Below, in pieces: positions 8,229-16,133 of a stretch of DNA of 25,014 bases (its first letter is position 1; each line of letters begins with the position of its first letter). The stretch comes from a virus. Its lineage: Duplodnaviria > Caudoviricetes. The notes under the pieces are model-generated. The model was not told the origin of the DNA. It saw only the letters and a program-made list of their open reading frames with translations, and ran no database searches. The position numbers and the translations under genes were made by a program. The stretch is from positions 1 through 25,014 of the IMG/VR virus record IMGVR_UViG_3300017589_000016, one strand, 5' to 3'.

Positions 8229-10639
8229 GTTATGCAGTTTTATTTAAGTCCAATGAAATGGATTTCAACACATTGGGCTTAGGGGTTCTGCAGGATGCAA
8301 TCTCTCCAATGGTTTCGGAAGAGCGTAACGGACAATTCGAGTTAGTGATGAAATACCCTGTTGATGGGGCGCTGTTCAACGAGATTAAAAACGATCGTCT
8401 GATTAAAGCGGATGCTAGTCATAGCTTGAAAGGTCAACGATTTAAAATCGTTCGTATCACTAAGCCGGCCGGTGGAATAATAACGGTTTACGCAGAGCAC
8501 ATTTCTTATTTGTCTCAGGATTTGGCGTTAAAACCAGAAGTAAGTTATGACGGAAACGCTGGTCAAGCCTTGAATACGTGGCAAAATAATATTGTCGACG
8601 AGCATCCGTTCACGACGTTCTCGGATATCCAAACCAACGGAAGCGGAAAATGGACGATAGACAAGGTAGAAAATGCAAGGCGAGCGCTAGGTGGTATCAC
8701 TGGTTCCATGTTGGATAGCTACGGCGGTGAATATCGTTTTGACAACTATCACATCGGGCTATACGCAAACCGCGGGAGCGACTCCGGTGCCTTGATTGCA
8801 TATGGCAAAAACTTGACCGATTTAGAGCAAGAAGAAGAAATCGCAAGCACCTACACATCCATTTATCCCTATACAACAATCAGGGACGAAAATGGCAACG
8901 AAAGTTTGTTGACCTTGCCGGAATACTTCGTTGACAGCGAACACGCAGACAAATATGCGCGCAGAAAAATTAAGACGGTCAATTTTCAACAGGATGAAAT
9001 AACGACAGTTGAGCAACTAAGGGAACGCACGCAACAATACATCGAAGCGAATGATATTGGGGTGCCAAATGTTAATCTGAGCGTTAAATTTTTGGATTTA
9101 TCGAAAACACTTGATTACAAAGCTTTGGCATTGGTTGAAGAAATAAACTTATGTGACCAGGTGACGGTGTACTATGAAAAGTTAGACATCCGCCAGAAGG
9201 CTAAAGTCATCAAAACAGTGTGGGATGTGTCATTGGATCGTTACGACGAGTTGGTAATCGGAAAAGCTAAGGCTAGCCTATCGAAAAGCATCAACACTAC
9301 GGTTGATGGGAAACTGGAAACAGTTGTTACAAATCTAAATAGCGTCCGTATTGCCGCAGATGGAAAAACGAAAATTTATAGCGGGGTAGATGTGCCTACG
9401 GCATCGAATATTGATGATTTATGGTACAAGCCGGTAGCCTCCGGAGCCGTAGAAATGTATCGCTGGAATGGCGTTATCTGGGAATTGAAAAAGACTAGTG
9501 CCGACGCCTTGGCCGGTACCGTCGATTTTGCCACGGTACAAGCAATAAACATCGATGCGAACTCTATTACAACCGGTAGCTTGAGAGCTGACATTGTGCA
9601 AGCCGGATTCAACGGAATCGCGCAAGGTGTGAGCATGACTGCGGATGGGTTGAAGGCAGTTGGGCCTACGGGTGAATTTTCGATAGTTGAGAACGGGGGG
9701 ATGTCATTTCACACTTCCGGAGGTACAAATACAGGAACGATAGAATCAGCTTATAAAATCGCAGATGGCCAAAATGGTGTGGGCATATTTATCCAAGAAG
9801 GCCGATTTTTTGAAATCGTGAGAAAGAATGAATCTACCGGTCTTTATGAAACATACATGCAAATCCCGGTTGACGAAAATATCGTGAAAATGCTTAAGGT
9901 TCTATCTGTACCCCAGTTAAACATCATAGGGACAAATCAGTATCTAGTGAACTCCGTCGGCGGTGGCGGTGCATACATAGACAGCGAAAAAGTATCTTTG
10001 GGCATAGGAACGCCTAGCGGGTGGACAAATAGAATATCTGTTGGTGATGGTTGGGTTGATATCATCGCGCCTTTAAACATGCGATATTATAAAATAACCA
10101 ACACACCTACGATAGAAGTAAAAGCAAGCGGGTCAACTTATGGTGGCAGAGTAACAGACTCTGCGAATAGGCTTGTGATGGGTGGTTATGACGGAACAAT
10201 TTTAGGATGGATGAATGAAATTGGCGGAATAACAGCGGTTATACAACTCTTGTATCAAGAAATAAGAGCGTTTGGAACGCTAAATATGAATGGTAATGTA
10301 ATCACAAATCAGTCAGACATCCGCCTGAAAAGCAAAGTTGTGGATACTGAAATAGATCCGTTCTCTATCATTGAAAAAATGCGCTTTATCGAATTCGAAT
10401 GGGATGTAACGAATCCATATAACGACAAGAAGCCAGGAGGCCGACACTTTGGTATTGAGGCGCAGTACAGTCCGTTTTTGGCCGTACAGGACAAGGGCGC
10501 CAGTTATTTAAGCATTGACATGGGTAAACAAGTCAATCTCAATAGTCTGGCAAACCAGAAACTTATTGCCGAATTGAAAGAAGTAAAACAAGAGTTAGCT
10601 GATTTGAAAACGTCGCTGACTGAAAAAGGAGTGATATAG
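8225..10639 (+). CDS. Tail tip / Tal protein with C-terminal peptidase S74 intramolecular chaperone
   Basis: ATGA overlap start 8225; N-terminal EERNGQFEL..YP, GGEYRFDNY, YGKNL motifs; C-terminal SDIRLK...FEW...FGIEAQ plus coiled coil. Confidence 0.85.
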   Translation: MSYAVLFKSNEMDFNTLGLGVLQDAISPMVSEERNGQFELVMKYPVDGALFNEIKNDRLIKADASHSLKGQRFKIVRITKPAGGIITVYAEHISYLSQDLALKPEVSYDGNAGQALNTWQNNIVDEHPFTTFSDIQTNGSGKWTIDKVENARRALGGITGSMLDSYGGEYRFDNYHIGLYANRGSDSGALIAYGKNLTDLEQEEEIASTYTSIYPYTTIRDENGNESLLTLPEYFVDSEHADKYARRKIKTVNFQQDEITTVEQLRERTQQYIEANDIGVPNVNLSVKFLDLSKTLDYKALALVEEINLCDQVTVYYEKLDIRQKAKVIKTVWDVSLDRYDELVIGKAKASLSKSINTTVDGKLETVVTNLNSVRIAADGKTKIYSGVDVPTASNIDDLWYKPVASGAVEMYRWNGVIWELKKTSADALAGTVDFATVQAINIDANSITTGSLRADIVQAGFNGIAQGVSMTADGLKAVGPTGEFSIVENGGMSFHTSGGTNTGTIESAYKIADGQNGVGIFIQEGRFFEIVRKNESTGLYETYMQIPVDENIVKMLKVLSVPQLNIIGTNQYLVNSVGGGGAYIDSEKVSLGIGTPSGWTNRISVGDGWVDIIAPLNMRYYKITNTPTIEVKASGSTYGGRVTDSANRLVMGGYDGTILGWMNEIGGITAVIQLLYQEIRAFGTLNMNGNVITNQSDIRLKSKVVDTEIDPFSIIEKMRFIEFEWDVTNPYNDKKPGGRHFGIEAQYSPFLAVQDKGASYLSIDMGKQVNLNSLANQKLIAELKEVKQELADLKTSLTEKGVI

Positions 10640-10640
10640 A

Positions 10641-12968
10641 TTGGTATTGGAAAACTTTTTGATAGATGTGGATGTTTTGTGGGACCGTGTTGGGAAAGAA
10701 TTGTACGAAAAACCGGACGCCCGCGCAGGTAGAAAAATGCGCGTGAGGGTCGTGAATCGAGGCGTTGTGGAGGACTTGACAGGGTACACGCTAAATCTTG
10801 GGTGGAGAAATCCAAAAGATGAAACTAAGTTTGGTTTGGATGTCTTCACTGCGGTTGATATCACAAAAGGGATATTTGAAATTGCGTACACAAGCGGCAT
10901 GTTGTCGAATTATGGGGTGCTGATCGGAACGCTGCAGTTGATTCCCCCGGTAGGTGGTTCCATCGAATCGAATAACTTTGTAATCACCGTGAAAAGAAGC
11001 GGGGTTGATTCAGAAGCGATCCAGTCACAAAATAGTTTCACGGCGTTAGAAGTTGCCCTTGTACAGATCTCCGGATGGAACGCGACCATCGGTGGCAAGG
11101 TGGAAGATTGGGAAGCGGACATGGCTGTAACCAAGCAACTGTACATCGATAATATGCTGGAAGTTGAGTCAACATATCCGCCTCGGCTTGTTTCAGTCGA
11201 GCAACAGTTGGCACAAACCAATGTCTTGTCAGCGGAAGCGGTAGCCAAAGCGGATGCCATGGCAAGCGGTAGCCCAAAAGGTGTTTATACCACACTCGCA
11301 TTATTGCAAGCTGCCTACCCAACAGGCACGACAGGCGCTTATCTTGTGACGGCTGACGGAAAGTGGTACTACTGGAATGGTAGTACGTGGACAATCGGCG
11401 GAACATATCAAAGTACGGGAAACAGTGATAAAAGTATCACCGAAAACAAATTAGCTTTCATTCCGGTTAAGGGTGTTAAAGGTAAGAATTTGTTTAACAA
11501 AAGTGATGTAACCTTAAATTATTATATAAAATACAACACGGGAGCGTTAACTGCTCTTGCAGGACAATCGTTGAGTAGTTTCATTTCAGCACACGAAAAC
11601 ACTGTGTATTATAGGACAACGGCTAGCCATACAACCTTCTGGGATAAAAATAAAAATTATTTGAGTGGAACTTTGTTAAACAGTTTTACTTCTCCTTCCG
11701 GTACGTGCTACATAAGAATTTCAATGTTGGCTAGCACAGTCGGGGTAGAGCAATTAGAACTAGGAAGTGTCGCCACACCGTACGAAGAATTCGGAACGAT
11801 TCTAACCGATTTAAAGAAAGGTAGTATTCCTCAAGAAACCTTGGGAGAATTAGCTATTTTGCGAGAAGAAATTGAAGGGTTCTCCACATCCGCCAATTTA
11901 CTAAACGCTCTAACATTAAAAAGTGGCTATGTGGTCGCCAGTGGTGCAGGCGAAACGGTCAACGCTGAGTATTCCGTATCAGACTACATTCCAATAAATC
12001 CATTAACTGCCTATACAGTAAGCAATGCGTATTTAGCGTATGCTTCATTTTTCGACATCAACAAAAACTATCTGAGTACGTTATCGGTAGGGGTCGGGGG
12101 AGATGATTATACAATAACGTCAGTCGCTAACGCATATTATATGCGTGTCAACATCCGCAACACACAACTAACCGAATATATGATAGTCGAGGGCGTGAGT
12201 ATGCCAATTGAGTTTGTCCCTTTTGGAACGAAGTTCGAATGGTTGTTGTTGGAAGATGGAAGTGTCCAATATAGACATATGGACGCATACCTAAAAAATA
12301 AGTTAGACGCTATTGATTCTGGGAAATGGGTCGGAAAAACCTTTTTTACCTTTGGCGATTCGATTACATGGTATGATGGTCAACCTTTTGGCGAGTTGCA
12401 CAGTGATTACGGTGTAGATGCCAAAGGTTATCAGTCATACATGAGAGAAAAACTAGGTTGTACTGTCATTAATAAAGGTGTCAGCGGGAATAGGATGCCA
12501 CAAATTTTAACTACTATCAAAGCACAGAGTTACACAGGAGTAAGTGCGGTAACTATGACGGCAGGCGCGAACGACTTTAGAGTGACGGAAGTCACTGAAC
12601 CTTTCGGAACTATTCAACCTATCGGAAGCACATTCGATGAAACAAGCTTTACTGGTTCATTGCAAGCAGCAATCGAGTATGTTTTGGGTGTGAATCCAGA
12701 AATGAAAATCTACTTAATCACACCGATAAAAGGATGGGGATCTTCAGGCGCTCTCGAAATGCCAAATACCTATTCTAATGCGATGAAAGAAATTGCAGAA
12801 ATGTATTCTTTGTCGATTTGTGATTGGTACGGAACAAGCGGAATTAACACCTTAAATAAAACTACCTACATCGGTGACGATTCATCGTTAGGTTATTACC
12901 TACATCCTACAAACATAGGGTACGAAAGAATGGCAAACATTTTAATCCCATTTTTATCAAACAATTGA
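10641..12968 (+). CDS. BppU-like baseplate/receptor-binding protein with two tandem beta-rich repeats and C-terminal SGNH/GDSL hydrolase
   Basis: BppU-like N-terminus; FGDSIT, GVSG, GAND and LHP blocks at the C-terminus. Confidence 0.8.
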   Translation: MVLENFLIDVDVLWDRVGKELYEKPDARAGRKMRVRVVNRGVVEDLTGYTLNLGWRNPKDETKFGLDVFTAVDITKGIFEIAYTSGMLSNYGVLIGTLQLIPPVGGSIESNNFVITVKRSGVDSEAIQSQNSFTALEVALVQISGWNATIGGKVEDWEADMAVTKQLYIDNMLEVESTYPPRLVSVEQQLAQTNVLSAEAVAKADAMASGSPKGVYTTLALLQAAYPTGTTGAYLVTADGKWYYWNGSTWTIGGTYQSTGNSDKSITENKLAFIPVKGVKGKNLFNKSDVTLNYYIKYNTGALTALAGQSLSSFISAHENTVYYRTTASHTTFWDKNKNYLSGTLLNSFTSPSGTCYIRISMLASTVGVEQLELGSVATPYEEFGTILTDLKKGSIPQETLGELAILREEIEGFSTSANLLNALTLKSGYVVASGAGETVNAEYSVSDYIPINPLTAYTVSNAYLAYASFFDINKNYLSTLSVGVGGDDYTITSVANAYYMRVNIRNTQLTEYMIVEGVSMPIEFVPFGTKFEWLLLEDGSVQYRHMDAYLKNKLDAIDSGKWVGKTFFTFGDSITWYDGQPFGELHSDYGVDAKGYQSYMREKLGCTVINKGVSGNRMPQILTTIKAQSYTGVSAVTMTAGANDFRVTEVTEPFGTIQPIGSTFDETSFTGSLQAAIEYVLGVNPEMKIYLITPIKGWGSSGALEMPNTYSNAMKEIAEMYSLSICDWYGTSGINTLNKTTYIGDDSSLGYYLHPTNIGYERMANILIPFLSNN

Positions 12969-12988
12969 ACCACAATTTATGTTAATGT

Positions 12989-13021
12989 AAACTCGTATCC
13001 GAGCGGATAGGGGTTATTTTT
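12989..13021 (+). terminator. Probable terminator after RBP gene
   Basis: AACTC-G-TATCC-GAGC-GGATA-G-GGGTT followed by ATTTTT. Confidence 0.55.
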
Positions 13022-13046
13022 ATACTCAATTTTAGGAGGTTTAATT

Positions 13047-13316
13047 ATGCCAAAAGTATTTATGGTGTGGGAACGAGAGAGCTTTGATAACTATGACGTC
13101 ATTTTTGCAACAGAATCAAAAGATAATGCTTTGAAATTTATTAAAGATTTGACAGGCGAAGTATATTATCCTGACGCAGAAATTGGTAATGGTAATATTC
13201 CAGGATATCATGTAGTAGACTTCGTCCGAAAAGTTGGCAAGTATAATTCACGGGTTGATTCTGAAGTTTGGTTGGAAGAACGTGAATTAAACCGATATGA
13301 CCCACTATCTATTTAA
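13047..13316 (+). CDS. Hypothetical 89-aa protein (moron-like insert)
   Basis: AGGAGG RBS; AT-rich; flanked by hairpins. Confidence 0.75.
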   Translation: MPKVFMVWERESFDNYDVIFATESKDNALKFIKDLTGEVYYPDAEIGNGNIPGYHVVDFVRKVGKYNSRVDSEVWLEERELNRYDPLSI

Positions 13317-13393
13317 AACGACTGAACCAAACTGTTGACAGCGTGAAATGAAAGTGGCCGTTTTCATACGGTCGAAAACTGAAAACAAACCTG

Positions 13394-13421
13394 AAAGGAC
13401 TGTCTGCGGATGGTCCTTTTT
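13394..13421 (+). terminator. Terminator-like hairpin upstream of lysis cassette
   Basis: AAAGGACTGTC-TGCG-GATGGTCCTTT followed by TT. Confidence 0.65.
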
Positions 13422-13444
13422 ATATTGATAAAGGAGCGTGGGAT

Positions 13445-13801
13445 ATGGCAAGTGAGGACAAAGAACCGAATATCTTTGACCATGAAAGACGAATCCTGAA
13501 GCTTGAGGATTCCCAACAAAAAATAGAGCTACGGCTCGAACAAATGAAAAGCGCCATCGACATCTCTGAAGCGAAAGCCGCAGAGCGGTCGGACATGATG
13601 ATTAAGCAGAATACCTCGCTCATGCAGCAAAACGAGCGGCAGGCAACTCAACTGGAAAGCGTTCTGTCAATCGTCACTACTACTAAAGACAATGAGTCGA
13701 AACGCAATGCAGAAAATAAAATGAAGTTATGGGGTTATTTTCTAGGCGGCGGCGGAATCATTACTATGGTCCTTCAAATATTGCAAAACGCCATGAAATA
13801 G
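13445..13801 (+). CDS. XhlA-like lysis-associated membrane protein
   Basis: Coiled coil (HERRILKLE) plus one C-terminal hydrophobic helix; directly upstream of holin. Confidence 0.65.
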   Translation: MASEDKEPNIFDHERRILKLEDSQQKIELRLEQMKSAIDISEAKAAERSDMMIKQNTSLMQQNERQATQLESVLSIVTTTKDNESKRNAENKMKLWGYFLGGGGIITMVLQILQNAMK

Positions 13802-13811
13802 GAGGTACAAA

Positions 13812-14144
13812 ATGGACGCATTACAAGAAGCAATCTTCAGCGCGCTGGGAACGATCCTGGTCGCATTGGTCGGATGGGTGGCACAGCAGACAGTCGTATT
13901 TTTGAACGAAAAGGGTATCTCACAGAAACTGGCCAACAAGAAGTATCTGGTCGATATCGCAGTACAAGCAGCTGAACAGATTTATCGGAACGAAGGCGGG
14001 GCGGCTAAGCTTGAAATGGCTAAAAATGAGGCGCTCAAGGCAATCAATCGCAGTGGCTTGCAAGTTACTGAGTCTGAACTGAACGTGCTGATAGAGGCAA
14101 GCGTGAAGGCCATGAACGACGCGGGGAAGAAAGAGGCGAAGTAG
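13812..14144 (+). CDS. Holin, LL-H family
   Basis: N-terminal TM helix; AVQAAEQ...GAAKLEMAK...LIEASVKAMN pattern. Confidence 0.85.
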   Translation: MDALQEAIFSALGTILVALVGWVAQQTVVFLNEKGISQKLANKKYLVDIAVQAAEQIYRNEGGAAKLEMAKNEALKAINRSGLQVTESELNVLIEASVKAMNDAGKKEAK

Positions 14145-15614
14145 ATGGCAACGAACGCGGAATTTTTATCCACGATAAAAGAAGGGTGCATACAGGGATG
14201 GCGGTCGCACGCCATCCTTCCTTCAATTTCAGGCGCGCAGGCAATTTTAGAGAGTAATTGGAGCAAAAGTACATTGGCTACTAAGGCTAATAACCTATTC
14301 GGCATCAAAGGCGAGTATAACGGTGCATCATTCAGCGTGGAAACGAAAGAATTTATCAATGGCACAACCAAATATGTCACGGCAGCCTTCAGGAAGTATC
14401 CATCCTGGGCGGAATCCATCGCTGACCACAGCGCTTTTTTCACTTCGACCGATTGGCGCAAAGAGAAGTATGCAGCGGTTGTAGGCGAGACGGACTACAC
14501 GAAAGCCGCACAAGCGTTATCGACTGCAGGTTATGCAACGGATCCCGACTATCCTGCCAAACTCATTAAACTGATTGAGGCATATGATTTAGCTGCTTGG
14601 GATTTGCAAGAGGAGGAAACAAAAATGGAGTATATCTACGAATCGCTATTGAACGCTGGCACGATGAATGGTATCTATGGCGCAGTCATCCACAATGATT
14701 ACGGCAAAATGACGCCGAAGCAATATGCGGCATGGCTTAAGACGCGCAATCTTGAATTGGGAATCGCTCACTACTACGGCAATCGCAGTCAAATGGCACG
14801 CGTAATCGACACAAACAAGATTGGTTGGCATACGGCAAGCAGTGAGGGTAATGGCCATTACATCGGCTATGAGGTGTGCGAATCATTGTCTGCGAGTGAT
14901 GCGGATTTCTTGGCAAATGAAGACGCGGTATGCAAGCAAGTGGCGGAGGATTTTGCGTATTATGGCATCACGCCTGACCGCAATACCGTCAGATTGCACA
15001 AAGAGTTTACCAGCACATCCTGCCCGCACCGCTCATGGGATTTGCACGGTCAGTCCATCAACGCAGTCAAAGACTATTTCATCAGCCGTATCAAGTCCTA
15101 TATGGCAGCACCGGCAGTCACCACAACGGTAGTAGAGGTTGTATCGACCGCTCCTGTTCGCAATCCTGTCAGCTACAACGCTGTTATCAAGTCGGGTGGA
15201 TATTCCATCGATTCCAAGCCGTGGGGCGAAGATGGGGCCGAAAATTGGGGAAATACGGATACTATCATCGGAAATAGCATCTATATCTACGAAGAAAACT
15301 ATTCCGGCGAATATGCCAATGCCTATCAGGTAGGTTGGATTGATAAGCGAGCCTTCGAAAAAGAAAAAGTCGTGGTTGCTTCCATCTTATTCCTGCCAAA
15401 CGGTCAGAACTGGACAATCTATCCGGCAGATGGCCCGTATAGCGCAGGCGATATCATCAGCACCGAAGCACCGAAAGCAGATGCCGGACTATCACTGACC
15501 GTACTTGGAGATCGCGGCAACAATATCGTAATTGTCGATATGCCGAACTTTGGAACAGTTGGGATTTACTTCGATGCAGACAAAGGCGCTACAATCACAC
15601 AAGTTTTAGGGTAA
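14145..15614 (+). CDS. Endolysin: GH73 glucosaminidase + Amidase_2 + C-terminal cell-wall-binding region
   Basis: AQAILESNW, NNLFGIKG, GYATDPDY (GH73); VIHND, AHYY, GWH, IGYEVC, LHKEF..TSCP (Zn amidase). Confidence 0.92.
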   Translation: MATNAEFLSTIKEGCIQGWRSHAILPSISGAQAILESNWSKSTLATKANNLFGIKGEYNGASFSVETKEFINGTTKYVTAAFRKYPSWAESIADHSAFFTSTDWRKEKYAAVVGETDYTKAAQALSTAGYATDPDYPAKLIKLIEAYDLAAWDLQEEETKMEYIYESLLNAGTMNGIYGAVIHNDYGKMTPKQYAAWLKTRNLELGIAHYYGNRSQMARVIDTNKIGWHTASSEGNGHYIGYEVCESLSASDADFLANEDAVCKQVAEDFAYYGITPDRNTVRLHKEFTSTSCPHRSWDLHGQSINAVKDYFISRIKSYMAAPAVTTTVVEVVSTAPVRNPVSYNAVIKSGGYSIDSKPWGEDGAENWGNTDTIIGNSIYIYEENYSGEYANAYQVGWIDKRAFEKEKVVVASILFLPNGQNWTIYPADGPYSAGDIISTEAPKADAGLSLTVLGDRGNNIVIVDMPNFGTVGIYFDADKGATITQVLG

Positions 15615-15616
15615 AT

Positions 15617-15653
15617 AAAAAGGCTTATTCCATAACGGAGTAGGCCTTTTTTT
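15617..15653 (+). terminator. Late operon terminator (likely bidirectional)
   Basis: AAAAAGGCTTATTCC-ATAAC-GGAGTAGGCCTTTTTTT. Confidence 0.88.
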
Positions 15654-15663
15654 GTTGCGTGTA

Positions 15664-15672
15664 TGGTATAAT
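15664..15672 (+). promoter_or_regulatory. Extended -10 promoter of candidate ncRNA
   Basis: TGGTATAAT immediately after the lysin terminator. Confidence 0.7.
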
Positions 15673-15678
15673 AGAGGC

Positions 15679-15887
15679 AGATATATCGCTAGTAAGTGCC
15701 GGACAAAATGTTTTGATTCGCTATCTATCCTTTTCTGATGAACAGGAAAAACATCTTTTGTTTACAACCGGCAGCAAGCCTTATCCGGGTTGCGGACGCT
15801 CACACACACCTTGAGACAAATTGGAGCGCGGCAAAAGGATATCACATAGCAACTTACGACTACCACCTGATCAGTGGGAGTTTTTTT
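15679..15887 (+). ncRNA. Candidate ~210-nt structured ncRNA
   Basis: Own extended -10 and terminator (ACTACCAC/GTGGGAGT + T7); multiple complementary helices; no RBS-bearing ORF. Confidence 0.6.
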
Positions 15888-16026
15888 ATTTTAGTGGCAT
15901 GAAAAATGGCAGTACATTGTACGCTGATTCATGATAGTATGGTTGTGGTTTGTTTTTATGTTCTGAAAAACATGCGGTATATGTGGTAATATATGCTAAT
16001 GTGGTTTATTATGGTTTTTGTTCAAG

Positions 16027-16040
16027 CGAATAGATGTTCG
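16027..16040. promoter_or_regulatory. LexA (Cheo) box-like palindrome or Int core site
   Basis: CGAATAGATGTTCG versus Firmicutes consensus CGAACRNRYGTTCG, one mismatch. Confidence 0.5.
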
Positions 16041-16050
16041 CTCATATATC

Positions 16051-16106
16051 AAAAAAGAAGCCTGTAAAATCGCTCTGTATAGCGGTTAGTAGGCTTCTTT
16101 CGTTTT
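16051..16106 (-). terminator. Integrase terminator (long, bidirectional-looking hairpin)
   Basis: AAAGAAGCCT..AATCGCT-CTGTAT-AGCGGTT..AGGCTTCTTT with A/T tracts on both sides. Confidence 0.75.
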
Positions 16107-16133
16107 GCTAGTGGCAGGAATAGTGGCAGTAAA

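Larger units (their letters stand above)
15892..16131. other. attP region with paired integrase arm-type sites
   Basis: TAGTGGCA 15892 / AAATGGCA 15904 and TAGTGGCA 16109 / TAGTGGCA 16121: two pairs, both 12-bp spacing, flanking an AT-rich centre next to the int 3' end. Confidence 0.8.

Noticed and set aside
11200-11218. CAACAGTTGGCACAAA as a shufflon/inversion site in the RBP gene
   Set aside because: Only weak similarity to downstream motifs, no inverted cassette and no invertase in the window
8225-12968. Diversity-generating retroelement acting on tail genes
   Set aside because: No reverse transcriptase and no TR/VR pair noticed in the window
13335-13370. Promoter at TTGACA
   Set aside because: No -10 at 16-18 bp spacing
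15726-15754. Hammerhead-like CTGATGA...GAAA in the candidate ncRNA
   Set aside because: No stem II can form (ACAG), and no NUH site is positioned with both stem I and stem III intact
15738-15902. 54-codon ORF across the ncRNA
   Set aside because: No SD, and it runs through the terminator into attP
15615-16133. CRISPR mini-array, tRNA or tmRNA fragment in attP region
   Set aside because: No repeat-spacer periodicity, cloverleaf or T-loop/CCA end recognised
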